From contig NC_043004.1 in NCBI RefSeq assembly GCF_006345805.1, positions 71,672,001 through 71,736,000 on the forward strand: DNA of 64,000 nucleotides, given 5' to 3'. Within the stretch, counting starts at the first letter, position 1; every line of letters starts with the position of its first letter. Under the pieces are notes generated by a model. It was not told the DNA's origin and searched no databases. It saw only the letters and a program-made list of their open reading frames with translations. The position numbers and the translations under genes were made by a program. Positions 12,381 through 24,977 of the stretch are shown one piece after another. Origin of the DNA: Octopus sinensis. Taxonomy: Eukaryota.

Positions 12381-12818
12381 CACAATGCTAGTATAGGCCA
12401 TATATACTGGAACAAAAGATAGGAAATGGTTCAAATATACACACACCCATTATATAAACTAACTACATTATTAATATATATGTAGTATCTATAGATTTAA
12501 TATTTCACTCAATAATATAGTTGACCAAAATATCAATTAATATCAAGCGAATTTACTTAAAATGTAATAAATATACCACCTAATTATTAAATAATGAATT
12601 GTCTAACAAACAAATTCTCAAAATAAATTATATGTAATACGTTAAATCCCTTTTTGAAAATAATAATAAAGCATACTAAATGAATAGATATCATAACTAA
12701 TAACTATGAAGAAACTATATATAAAATAATAATAATATTTCAACAACAATTATAATAATAACTACAACAACAACAACAACAACAACAACGACAACAAGAA
12801 CAATAATATAATAATAAC

Positions 12819-12875
<57 letters not shown>

Positions 12876-13024
12876 CAAACCCAATACAATTCAAAAGCCA
12901 CAATGCTAGTATAGGCCATATATACTGGAACAAAAAATAGGAAATGGTTCAAATATACGCAAAAACCCATTATATAAACTAACTACATTATTAATATATA
13001 TGTAGTATCTATAGATTTAATATT
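12381..13024. repeat. About 125-bp near-identical direct repeat (12381-12504 and 12899-13024) bracketing (AAC)n/(AAT)n
   Basis: cacaatgctagtataggccatatatactggaacaaaa...tgtagtatctatagatttaatatt occurs twice with few differences. Confidence 0.9.
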
Positions 13025-13732
13025 GATAAACAATAATATTGATAAACAAACAACGTTACTTAGCTTGTCGATGAAAATAATATAACTGAATTTAAAAAAT
13101 TAAAATATAGGTCTTAGCGTTTATAAGAAATTAAACTCGTGAAGACGTTGTGTAAACAAATAATAAAATTATCAATGAAAATGACAAAAATTATTTATTA
13201 ATGAAAAAGACGAAAACTATTTAAGCTTCGTGAATTAAGGAAAAATATGAAAAATAGAATAACAAATGACATTTTACTATAAATGACAATTTACTATAAA
13301 ATTTATTACGTAAAATATACATATAATATTTAATTCATTTCTATTACTATAACTAATAGGTCTTAATAAAATAATATATAATCATTCATGTATTAAGAAA
13401 TATTTAAGTTTAATATTGTTCAAATATATTAATATAACATAATAATATAGTAAATTATACTCTAATACTATTAAATTATAACTTCAAGAAATAAATAACA
13501 TAAAAAGAAAAAAGGTTTTTATACATACTGAAAAATAAGTTAAACGTATTATATAGGTAAATAAATTTATGTTAGCATCTAATTTTAAATGACTATTTAC
13601 TATAAATTTAAAGTCTAAATAATAAGTATAATAAATATGCATATCATAGTTAAATTAATTTGTATCACTATAATTAATATATCTTAATAAATTTATATAA
13701 TCATTTATTTATTAGCTAAACCTATTATATTG

Positions 13733-14125
13733 CTAATTTAATTTATATTTACATTTCATTTTACATTCTTCCAATGAGTTTACCAACTCATAATAGTTAT
13801 TAAATCTTATTTCTTTAAATTCGTTATTACATAGTGAAAAATAATTACTCCCTATACAATATGATTTAACCCTACAAATAATCTCCCAAGTTAATCTATA
13901 TTTACCAGATCTAGATTTAAGGTCCCAAATATATTTACTGAGATCTGTTGAATTTATTAAAATTTTATTCCTAAAAGAATACATATGTTGAGAGACTCTT
14001 GATTTAATTTTATTCGAATGGACTCTATATAAATAGCATTTAAATTATGATAATTCAAATTTTTATCATCTATTAAAGTTACCATACACTTATAGACTAC
14101 GTTATCAGAATTGCAATTATTATTA
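13733..14125 (-). mobile_element. Penelope-like GIY-YIG endonuclease remnant
   Basis: NVVYKCMVT...IYIES(fs)SNKIKSRVSQHMYSFRNK...STDLSKYIWDLK...TWEII..VKSY......SLCNNE matches the PLE pattern VVY/YIG...R..H...LSKYIW.LK. Confidence 0.75.
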
Positions 14126-14138
14126 CATTTACATGTAA

Positions 14139-14246
<108 letters not shown>

Positions 14247-14366
14247 TATATTTTGTGAAATTTGATTTAGTGTTTCTAAATTGAATTTTTTCCAGTAAGT
14301 TTGGAATGATATTCCCTCATATTATATATATATATATTGCTTTTTATATATTTTCAGGACTGAAAA

Positions 14367-14688
14367 ATGGCAAATGAAAAGTATATCCTTCGCAACCTAC
14401 TGCAAGTTTTCACCATTATGTTTCTCCTCACGGTCATGATTGGCGAATCGAAAAATGAGGCACTCTTTAGGAAAATAAGCAATTCACAATGCATAGCTTC
14501 TCCTTGGTTGATTCGAACACAAACCACACTAACCATCACAGAATGTTCATTACGTTGTTTGGCGACTGATTATTGTAGATTCTTTAGTTATTGTAATGGC
14601 ACATGCAAAATGTTTCAAGCTGAAGCCGAGGGAAATTTTGAATTGTTTACTTGCGACTGTATATCTTATTTAATGCTGGATGGAAACA
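14367..14688 (+). CDS. Host gene coding exon 1: signal peptide plus PAN/Apple-like module
   Basis: Acceptor ttttcag| at 14357, ATG at 14367, hydrophobic leader LLQVFTIMFLLTVMIGES, Cys pattern ECSLRCLATDYCRFFSYCNGTC, donor A|gtgagt at 14689 (phase 1). Confidence 0.8.
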
Positions 14689-14879
14689 GTGAGTTAATCA
14701 TATCTTACAAGTATTTCTGTCTTTTTGTATTACATTTTAGTATTCAGGCCATTATCTCCATGCAATATATCTAATTACCTGAATAATATTCAGGTGATAC
14801 ATTTCTTGTGACGTCCCCTCTGTTTGATTGTTTCAATCGTTATCTTTTTGAGCTTGTAAGGTTGAATTAGATCATAGAC

Positions 14880-15830
14880 TGACCAATATATTTTAAAAGA
14901 ATACGATCAAATGAGGTTTAATTTTCAACATAGTCCCCCTTTCGGCTCCCACAATTATTCAATCGGTGTTGCAATGCTTGGATTTCATTATTGAAGAAGC
15001 TTTTAACTTGTTGCTCGAAAAAGTCACCAACAGCAGATATGACGTCATCATAACTGCGATATGGTTCCAGTGCTTTTTCACATTGGAAAACAGATGATAG
15101 TTAGAGGGTTAAATCCGGATCATAGACAGGTTGATCAAAAAGTTCAAAGCTAAAGCCACGCACAACAACCATTGAGATCAATGTCTTGTGTGCTGGAGCG
15201 TTGTCCTCATATCATAAGTCAATTCCTCACATTTCCTGCACGGTGGCAAAGTGTTCTCCATTGACGGTGAGGGCCTTTTGTAAATAGTCAATAGACACGC
15301 TGCATTTTGCATCTGAGATCATCACACTCTATGCAGATGAAACGGTCTTAGTGTTTTTGGAAGCAGATAAGTAGGGATGTTACCATTGCATGGTTTGTCA
15401 CTTTGTCTAGCTTAAAGTAATGAAACCAACACTCATCCTGGTTTAGGAAATTTTCAAAGAAATCGGCTGGTTCCAATTCAAACAATGTCAGATTTTGTCC
15501 TTACTTGTTCAGCTGCGTACATTTTTTTGTCAGATGTCAGAAATCCGGGAGCCCATCGAGCAGAAACCTTTATCATGGCAAATTCATTGCGCAGAATATT
15601 CTCGACTCGCCCACAGCAGATGCTAATATCAATGGCTATTTGATTTATAGTAAATTGTTTGATATCCATCATCATGTGTCGAATAACATCATTTTCTCCA
15701 AAACTGACTTCTCTGATATGTTCTCTAAACAAGTTGGTCTAGTTTTCTACACCGAATGAGTACATTTTTGTAAATTCAGTTAGTGGTTCCCTCATTAGAA
15801 TTTAAGCAGCTACATAAAAACAGAAATCAT
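14880..15830 (-). mobile_element. Decayed mariner transposon in intron 1
   Basis: FTINQIAIDISICCGRVENILRNEFAMIKVSARWAPGFLT; ELFDQPVYDPDL..YHLFSNVKK; C-terminal KGDYVEN*. Confidence 0.8.
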
Positions 15831-16079
15831 AAAAGACTGTTATTTGTAAGGATTTGACTTTGTTTCCTCCCGAAATAGTTAAAATAATATCATTAGAATA
15901 CTTATATGTTTTTTCTTCACTGCTAAATTATTGATATTTACGTTTTAAAATATTGCCTTCACTAAATATACTAAGACTAAAAAAATCTCTTGTTTGTCGT
16001 GTAGACGACGTCGATAAGAAATGTTTTCATTTTTGAATTTTCACTGACGAAATATCATTATAGATTCTGATCAGTCTAT

Positions 16080-16440
16080 ATTCATAACACTTTCAATAGA
16101 ATATTTTCGAGATCTACTTTAACGAGTTGAAGACACCATCGTGCGGAGTTCGCTCGATCTGCAAGAAATATCAGACAAATCTCTCTGAAATTATATCCTA
16201 TTATGTTGAAAAGAACAGGATATTGGATGATATTGTTCTACATACCAATATGTGACAGACGAAAGACTGGTCACGCTGGTACAACTTTTCCCATACGACT
16301 TCTTAATCAAGGTTGATTTGGTGATAAATACAATTGCAATATTCTGTTTTTTCTCTTTGGTATCAAATTATTTATTTTGTGAAATAGGAACTAAAAGTGA
16401 AAAGATGAAACTTCGAAAAACTGTATTTCGAATATAAAAA
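16080..16440 (+). mobile_element. Possible very old piggyBac transposase remnant
   Basis: Short motifs QLFP and FGIKLFIL resemble piggyBac DEQLFP...KFGIKF. The support is fragmentary. Confidence 0.3.
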
Positions 16441-16557
16441 AAATGTTTTAAACAATACAGCGCTGTAGAAGATAATTTATTCAAAATTTCAATAAAGTTC
16501 ACCCAAAACTCGAGTATTCCTTTACAGTTAAAATGTTCTTATTTATTACTCATGCAG

Positions 16558-16649
16558 GCAGAACCTGGCAGAAAATATTTCAGATAACTACATCTTCGTT
16601 TAAAAGAAATGCTCTTTATGCTTTCTGGAATAATTGGCCGATTGAAAAG
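16558..16649 (+). CDS. Host gene coding exon 2 (RTWQKIFQITTSSFKRNALYAFWNNWPIEK)
   Basis: catgcag| acceptor, AAG|gtaata donor, 92 bp, open in phase 1 to phase 0, compatible with exon 1. Confidence 0.6.
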
Positions 16650-16934
16650 GTAATATACTTTCAAAATTTCCAAATGATTCTCATTTCACTAAACGGTCTA
16701 CAAAGTATTCAGCCCATTATGTCTTGAAGGATATAATTTTTATCTTTTTCATTTCGTTACTGCAATGGCGTATGTAATTTCTTTTCTTGATGTTGTTAAT
16801 TTTGTTGCTGTTTAAACATTGTCGTCAGAAATCCTTCAATTTTCATCCCTGTCTTATTTTCATTTAAGTCTTTCTATGCCAATTCCTCCGATATTCATGT
16901 AGAATTTCTCTATCTATATCGAGTGAAGTGTTTT

Positions 16935-17013
16935 CATTATCATAATAATAATAATAATAATAATAATGATAATAATAATAATAATAATAATGATAATAAT
17001 AATAATAATAATG

Positions 17014-17075
<62 letters not shown>

Positions 17076-17350
17076 CATTATTATTATTATAATTATTATA
17101 ATTATTATTAATATCACAATCATAATTATTGTTTTTAGAAATAGCAGGAGTAGAAGTGGCAGCAGCAGCAGAAGCAGCAGCAGTAGTAGTAGTAGTAATA
17201 GTAGTAGTAGTAGTAGTAATAGTAGTAATAGCATCATCATCAGCAGTAGCAACAGCAGCGGTAGTAGTGTTAGTGGTAGCAGCAGCAGTAGTAGTAGTAA
17301 TAGTAGAAGTAGCAGTAGTAGTAGTAGAAGTTGTAGTAGTAGTAGCAGCA
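16935..17350. repeat. Compound trinucleotide microsatellite (AAT)n-(ATT)n-(AGC/AGT)n
   Basis: Directly visible. It is the source of the poly-I/N/S/L ORFs in the track. Confidence 0.97.
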
Positions 17351-19239
17351 GCATTTTAATTTGGTTGGCATAATCACAACGAAGTTGAACTCAGTATTTA
17401 TAGATTGTTGTTGGGAATTAGTAATAACTGTACACCACTCCCACGTGACAAGTCGTATGAGACCCACTATAAATAGCAGAGTATGAGACAAGCGGCAGAG
17501 ATAGTCGTATCTTTACCGGTTTTACTAAGTATGGGGTAACGTTTTAAGGATATAACATAGATTCACTTAGAAAGAGAACTAAAAACCCAGCAAAAGTTTC
17601 AGAGAGGAGGTAGAATTCAATCGTTGCAACACATTTGGTTTTTCCGATGGTCGGCTTCTTAAAGTTGTTCTAGGATATTAACTTCTTCTGACTGGTGAAA
17701 TTCCTAAATGTGTATATTCTTTACTATTATTAGTGTAGGCTTTGTGTTTATAGTGGAAAGAATTATTAGTGTAGCGAAGTCTTAAGGAAAATAGCGAAGA
17801 TTTGGGGAACGTGGGTGTTCGTTTCTTCAAAGATGTCAAATATGATACGAAGAAGAACGGTTTTATGTATACATGCAAACAGAATGAAAGCAAAGACTGA
17901 AGACTTGCAGACGTGAAGTAATGAATCTAATGCATAGATGCTTATAAGTTGGCTAAGGTGGAATTTGAAGCGAGAAGTAAGGTTGGTGGCGGAGGGAGAT
18001 TACTAAGGTACGTAGAATGACATGAGAGGAGATAGATGGAGTTGGACAGAGACGGTGTATGTTGTTGGACAATGCAGAATTAGTTAGTATTATATTGAAG
18101 GGTGAGTGAAGGTGTGGTAGATGTGTATGAATTGGAACAGAGGAAGGTGGATAGAGAGGGAGCGAGGGTTTTATAAATCGGTAGCTAAAGAAGTGGAGTA
18201 TTTGTAAGGGGTTTCGAAGAAATAGGAGATACGAGAAAAGGGAGAATGATAACTCAAGGGGTTTGGTAGGTGTGAGGGAGGTAGGATGTGGTACGTAAAA
18301 GGAATGGGCAAAGATAATCACAAGAAGTAATAATTTAGTCGAAAGAGTGGTATTGGTCAGGAGTGGGTAAATTGCTAATGCCACCAAGTTTAATCTGAAG
18401 ATTATTAACAAAACTAAGGATGAACTTAGTTCGAGGATTACATAGATTAAACAAATTTCGCAAACGATGAGTTGCACCAGTGTTTAGAAGAGGGCATAAT
18501 ATCTGAGAATATATTCTGTAATAAGGAGTCGTGGTTGAGAAGGACCGTTAGCGATTCACTTGAATACATTTCTGAATGCAGAGATTAGTATTGCACGAGG
18601 AGAGCTTCGAGTTCAATGGAGCAGGTTAGGTTATAGGGGATATTTTAGGATTTGACGTTGCGTATATAATTTGCTAAGGAGGTAATAATTTAGGATAATT
18701 ATTGGGGAAAGAGTTCATGCGTGCACGGCAGCGGCATTTGAAATCAACACGCTTGGTGGAAACGTGATGTTACACTCGGCATTTGTAGACTATACTTTTG
18801 CGTAGACAGAAATATTCAAGAGGTCGGTATTAGGCACGCGACAACTGCAAGTTTTTCTAGCTATCCTGCGGCTGGAGATTATTGTTGGGAAGGTCAGGTT
18901 CGTAAGACCCGTTACTAAGAAGTAGATGTATAACTGGTACCAGTGTTTGCGTAATTGCTTCTATATATCTATGTAATTGTATATACATATATATATACTG
19001 CTGTGGGGAGAATCATTGACACCCTGGGGAATTGGAAGAGTGGACTAGTGGAACTCTTGTAAAGAATAGGGTTTGGTAGTAGTTGAGAGAGATTGTTTGG
19101 TAGTCTCACGAAGTACGTCGTGTGATTAAACTTTTGCTGTTTAATTTATATATCCAACGTGTGTCAAGGATATATATATATGCATATGTATATACAAACA
19201 TACATGCATACATACATACACACACATACACACACACAT

Positions 19240-19270
<31 letters not shown>

Positions 19271-19325
19271 CAAATAAATGAAAGAATGGAGTTGAACGAC
19301 GAATTAACAAAATTCCTTTATTTTA

Positions 19326-19408
19326 TTTTCGACATATGTTTCGAAGGCTGCATATTCCTAATTTCGAAGGAATAAGGGGTGCATTATGCCGCCTTCTCAT
19401 CAGGAAAA
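19326..19408 (-). ncRNA. Type I hammerhead ribozyme, left-arm copy (family A1)
   Basis: Reverse complement of the 21073-21155 motif. Confidence 0.85.
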
Positions 19409-21072
19409 GCAAGGAACGTATGTCAGCATCACGATGCACAAAACCTTTTAGATGACTGCCAACACGGAGCCCATAGCGAGGCAATCGGAAACCAACACCA
19501 ATTCTCCAACACAGAAATACTCCCTTTAATGTAAATGATAACACTCTGAACTATTCTAAGTCCAAAAAAAACTATATCTGGTTTGAAACAAATCAGTTCT
19601 AACCTCCCTTCACATTTCCGTGAAGCCGTAGCTAGAAACTTTCCCAGGAATTCTAGGTATTACTCTACTATCAATTCGCATAAGGTAAGGATTGCATTCT
19701 CCAATACTAGAAATCTATCGCAGATCATTGCCTCCCATAACAAGCTGCTAAATAAGGACTCATCACCCGGGAGTAGCGACACTGCCCTTACCAATTCCAA
19801 CCAAACATACAATAATAATAATGATAGAAATAGTATTGATAATAGCAACATTCATAGCAGCGTTGGCATTAACAATAGTAATATTAATAATAATATTAGT
19901 CGGATTATTAACAGTGGTAGTGTTAGTGATAATAACGACAGCATTTCTAATAACAGTGGTAGTATTGATAATAACAACCCCAGCATTCATATTGTCAGGA
20001 AAATTACCGACGATAGTACAATTAATAGTAATGATAATAATATGAATAGTATTGTGGTCAATGCTAGCAATAATATTAACACCAATCATAACAATAAAAA
20101 CTCCGTCTTAGTCTCGGAGGTAAACCCTAACAGATTAAAGTTCTTATCCAGCAATTCCAAAATTAGAAATTCCATTTACTAGTGCAAAATTTCTTCCAGT
20201 ACCGATGTCTTCTTCTACATTGGGGCAACTACTTCTAAATTAGCCCATAGGATCTCCAACCATTATTCAATTTTCCGAGATAAGAGAAAACAACACAGCA
20301 CAGGACTAAGTAAAATAGTTTGGCGTCTTAAGGACAGTAATACAACTTTTAAGCTGGAATGGTCCATATTGTCTGTATCCTTTCCGTTTGATAAGGGCAG
20401 AAAATTTTGTGGCGTCTGTAATTCCGAACTTTTCCATACAATGGTCGAGAAATCCTATAGATGCATGCACTGGCAAAAACACACCTTTCACTCATATGAA
20501 TAATGATTAATATAGATAACCTCCTTGAATTTTAATAATATAGTCCCATTTATATATCACCCCCATAGTCAATTTTTATACTCTTAAAGGACCACTACCC
20601 AACCCATTGAGGTATGTTTTACCTTTGTCTCTCTAACTCGCCCTCCTCTCTCTCTCTCTCTTTCCCTCTCTCTATCGTAAGCACAATCAAACACACAGAC
20701 ACAAACCTGTCACTTCACCACTGTCTGTTTTTTGACATCTACCCATCAACACACACAATCACGCATACACATATACACACATAGCCATTAATGCAATTAT
20801 ATACATAAACACACATAGGCACTCATTCACAAAAGAAAACAACAAAATTACCATTCATTTGACCTGCACCCTTTTGCCTTCCTATTCTTAGGTCTCTCTC
20901 CTCCAACCTTGTTTGAACCCTTGAACCTTCTAGAATCTTCTACATTCAACCATTTTTGACGTCACTACTTATAACGAAATATTTTAAAGAAACACTCATT
21001 ATTGCTATGGGCTCCGTGTGGGCAGTCATCTAAAAGGTTTTGTGCATCTTGATGCTGACATAAGTTCCTTGC

Positions 21073-21155
21073 TTTTCCTGATGAGAAGGCGGCATAATGC
21101 ACCCCTTATTCCTTCGAAATTAGGAATATGCAGCCTTCGAAACATATGTCGAAAA
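21073..21155 (+). ncRNA. Type I hammerhead ribozyme (family A1), intact core
   Basis: UUUUC-CUGAUGA (21078-21084)-GAAGGC..[UGCA/UGCA, UAUUCCU/AGGAAUA]..GCCUUC-GAAAC-AUAU-GUC (21148-21150)-GAAAA. Confidence 0.88.
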
Positions 21156-21358
21156 TAAAATAAAGGAATTTTGTTAATTCGTCGTTCAACTCCATTCTTT
21201 CATTTATTTGTATTTAAAAAAACACACAAATTTCCACACGATAGCACGTGATCTCTGCACTAGGCATCTAGCTTCAACCGTGTTTGTCTGACGTGAATTT
21301 GCTACCCAGGTATCGGTTAACCGAATTATCCATAATAAGATAATTCATTCAACTACTC

Positions 21359-21402
<44 letters not shown>

Positions 21403-21419
21403 ATTATAATATACGTTTA

Positions 21420-21545
21420 AATATTTGTTGTGCAAGATTATTTATGTGAAGTCGTGTGTTGAAGCAAAATAACACCAAATATATAGTGCGTGTGTCTTTA
21501 TTGGCTAAACTGGCAAAATGACCATTCCGAAATATAACAATTATA
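21420..21545. mobile_element. Short repeat-family fragment with an internal inversion relative to 48518-48640
   Basis: 21423-21465 matches 48518-48560 directly, while about 21470-21540 matches the reverse complement of 48565-48635. Confidence 0.7.
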
Positions 21546-21954
21546 ATATATATATATATATGTGTGTATGTGTACGTTTGTGTGTGTGTTTGTATGTATA
21601 GTTCTGTACGTGTATTTAAAGTATCTTTCGTACAACTGCAACAAAATTCATACACTCTTAAATCAATATTTATTACTTTATCCTCCAGTTCCTCCTGTTT
21701 TACTTACGCAAAAATGCATGCACATCTTTTCCCAGAATCTTATCTCTCTTAAGTCTCCCCACCCCGTATTCTCTCTTACATCTCTCTTTCCTTGTTTACC
21801 CTCTCCATCTCTCTCTTTCCTTTTCCTCCTCAGTTGCATTGTACTCATACTTGTCTCTCTCCATCTCCCTCTCGCCTGCTTCCTTTCTCAACCTGCCTCG
21901 TTATCGTCTTCCTTCTCAGCTTTCTACATGATCTCATTCGAATTGTATTTGCAG

Positions 21955-22105
21955 GTGAGAATCTCGTTCGTAAACGTGGTCATATAATTCACTATTTAAT
22001 ATTCAACGGAAGAAATAAAAATTCTACAACGTGGTTCAGTGAGATGAACCTCCTTTCAGAACCGTGGTATCGAAATTTATCAACATCGTACATTTTCAAT
22101 TTAAG
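21955..22105 (+). CDS. Host gene coding exon 3 (VRISFV[fs]KRGHIIHYLIFNGRNKNSTTWFSEMNLLSEPWYRNLSTSYIFNL), with an apparent 1-bp deletion
   Basis: ttgtatttgcag| acceptor and AAG|gtatat donor. It ends in phase 2. Entry in phase 0 needs one extra A at 21972-21974. Confidence 0.7.
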
Positions 22106-22392
22106 GTATATATTAACGCTGTCTAATTTATTTGTATTTATAGGTATTTATTACAAATAATTAAGATTTCTCACTTAGGCAAACTGTTACATATTTCTGA
22201 AGAACACTTCAATTACTTATGATTGCACCGATCTAACTAGTATTATTTTATCGACAAAGGAAGAATAAATGACAAGTAGGAATGTGGTGGGACTGAGAAT
22301 CAAAACATTGAGGAACAAATGTAACTGCAAACTGATTTATTGCTTACAGCCTTATGGATGAAGAAGGAGAAGAAGAAGAAGAAGAAGAACAT

Positions 22393-22423
<31 letters not shown>

Positions 22424-22429
22424 AACAAC

Positions 22430-23562
22430 AATGAGCTGTTGCTGTAGGTAGTCCGCTATAGTGCACCCATCCTGAAATGGACCGACTTGATCTCACTATG
22501 CGAAATACATTGATATGGTATGGTGCCTTCCATTGTGAGGCGAACGAATACAGTTTCTACATGAAGAGGTATAAATGTGGACGTGGGCTGATTAGAGCAT
22601 GGGAGTTTGTCGACAGTGAACGATGAAAGATAATAGAATATTTGGTAAACTGCGAACAAGATCAGCTACAGTGTATTGCTAATGCAGAAGAATTTACTGA
22701 AAATGGAATTCAGGAAGCTAATGAATTTGGATCACGAATAGCCAACGAGAGAGAAGAATCTCTACTCTACATAATCTGATCCACCGTGAAACTAACAACT
22801 TACAAGACCAAGAAGCATCATAGAGGTGACTCAGCAAGGATGACCTAAAACAGAAGACTGAGTCTAATCATCGCTGCCCGAGATCAGGCATTGAATAACA
22901 ACTCAGTGAAAATTCATATAAACCACGGACGTTAATCGACCCTCTGCAGAATGCGTGGGAAGAAAGTGGAAAGCGTGTTTCTTATTGTTAATGATTGTGA
23001 AATTCATGTGTAGAAAGAGTAGAAGCGGAGACACAAGGTAGACAAAATTCCCACTGGTTATTATTCCGGAAGTATTGATACGTGGTAACGGGTTCTTGGT
23101 TACAACATACACCGGAAAATGTAATAAACGAAAAGAGGCAAGCAAAGACCCTCTGTGATTTCGACTTCTAAGACAAACAAGATGTTACAGCAACAAAGGT
23201 CGATTATAGTAATGTTTAGGAGGGATAAAAATAAGGGCGCCTTATAATTGACTTATCGGTGCCAGATCAACATATTATCATGTAAGAAAGAGAAAAGATT
23301 GAGAAATATTGAGGCCGGAGAATTGAAATCGGGAAGATGTGACAGTTAAAAGAGTCACACGTAAAGATTACACCTATTATTATCGGAGCATTGGGGTGTA
23401 TACTAGCCAGACTGAAGAAACATCTGGAGACCTAAGAAATAACCTACAATCTAAGTGTAGTACAAAACTCAGCTTTTCCTTGGAACAGTACGCATATTGC
23501 TTCAAGTAATGTCTCTCTGAGGTGCTTGCTGTGAGTTCATAGACCAGGCAAACCTCTAGTAC

Positions 23563-23563
<1 letters not shown>
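22430..23563 (+). mobile_element. Decayed R4/Dong-like (REL endonuclease) LINE, 3' part
   Basis: FYMKRYKCGRGLIRAWEFV; a QALN..SVK region; IIGALG-like and FLGTVRILLQVMSL* C-terminus. Preceded by (GAA)n(CAA)n and followed by (GATA)n. Confidence 0.65.
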
Positions 23564-23618
<55 letters not shown>

Positions 23619-24930
23619 TTAGTTTATTAGTTATATAGATACATACATAGTTATATAGATAAATAGATATAACGTTACATAAGTACTTCAAGATATTACT
23701 AACCACACATTCATATGGAATAATTCCAAGAAGTGAGGCGTGTTTTGGAGAATATAAGAGAAATGGAAAATGGATACTAACGCACAAGCTGTTATTTAAA
23801 TCATCGTTTATAGCACCGACATATATAGTTTCGATGGAAAAAAGCAATATTAATCTGAAAGGAGAAATAAGGTGGAATAATACATCAATCTGAGCAGGGT
23901 GGAGATTATAAATAATAATATTCATTGATAAGCCATTTTTACAGATATAAGAAAGTATAATATATAATATATGAAAAACAAAATTCGGATAGAGAATGCC
24001 AGTCATTTTAAAATACCGTTAAGAAACTTGACGCCATAGGATGAGAGAAGTGAAGGTAGTAATGTAGAAATAAACAAATAGAAAGGTGAATGGTAAATGG
24101 ATAGAAATGGTAAAGAAAGAATGGTATGTTTGGAATGAAAAGAATAAAGTGAAAGTTACAGATATTATTAGGTAAATTGGTCAGATATAATTTGAAATAG
24201 CTGAAAGTGTGTTTTTCCAATGTAAACACCTGGAAACATTCTTTATAGGTGTTGACATTTGCCTTATCACAAGGGAACGATCTTGACAAAATATTCTAGT
24301 ACAAAGAAAATTGTTTATTACAAATTGTTTATAACAAATTAGTTTACTATGATTGTAGTATTGCGTTTATTTAAATATTTAAATGAAGAAAGTATCCCTC
24401 CCACACCCTCATAATTTCTCGACCACCAACTACATTTCTTTTTTCACTTTTTTCATTTCTTTCACTTTCTTTAACTTTGGTTCAATTATTTCATTTTTCT
24501 CCTTTTCTCTTCTTGTTTTCCTGTTCTCTTCTTTTTTCTTTCCTCCTTCTTCTGTCACCTATTCCTTTTGACCTTCCTCTCATTTTAACATACATATATT
24601 TTCTCCCCTCTCTACCCATTTAATACTACCAGTCCATACTCAAATTTACATTCATGCTACAAAATGAATGAACAGCACATGTAATCTACGTCTCCACACC
24701 TTGCATTTGTAATGGCAAAATATGAACACCTATTGTAATTTACATACCATGAACATGAGGTATTTATACCACTGCTATACAACACTTTCTTTGGATAATG
24801 AAACTGTAAATATAACATCTTTTCTTCTTTCATTTTTCTCTTTTCCTCTACAATTCTCACTTCCATTTTTTCCAAAATAACTCCTCACACTGAACTCTAT
24901 TATTCGCCTCTATTTAACTATCTCACATGG

Positions 24931-24977
24931 TCTCTGATGAAGAGTTATCCCTAATATCCCACAAACAGCTGTACATC
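24931..24977 (+). ncRNA. Degenerate minimal hammerhead (family B) in a probable PLE 3' end
   Basis: gtct-CUGAUGA-agagttat..atatccca-CAAAC-AGCU-GUA. G12 is lost and stem II is damaged. The downstream flank is similar to 53890-53957. Confidence 0.5.

Larger units (their letters stand above)
19268..21361 (+). mobile_element. 5'-truncated Penelope-like element with inverted 210-bp hammerhead-bearing pLTR arms
   Basis: 19268-19477 is the reverse complement of 21004-21213 (3 mismatches by my count). The interior encodes the PLE thumb/linker (NFPRNSRYYSTINSHKVRIAFSNTRNLSQIIASHNK) and a GIY-YIG (SIY*CK..FYIGAT..LAHRISNH..STGLSKIVWRLKD..LEWSIL..FCGVCNSE). (TA)n lies at both ends. Confidence 0.9.

Noticed and set aside
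14794-14860. Possible small exon SDTFLVTSPLFDCFNRYLFEL after exon 1
   Set aside because: The acceptor is weak, and its phase-0 exit does not fit the phase-1 entry of exon 2. It is not needed for the model.
17440-18960. Purine-rich tract with a faint PLE RT-like motif (LRYTNNSFHYKHKAY) on the minus strand
   Set aside because: A single weak motif among many stops is too little to annotate.
23600-24300. 208-aa minus-strand ORF (23380-24006) and a possible PLE RT on the plus strand
   Set aside because: The ORF crosses (GATA)n and a LINE end and has no coherent composition. The plus-strand RT resemblance is too weak.
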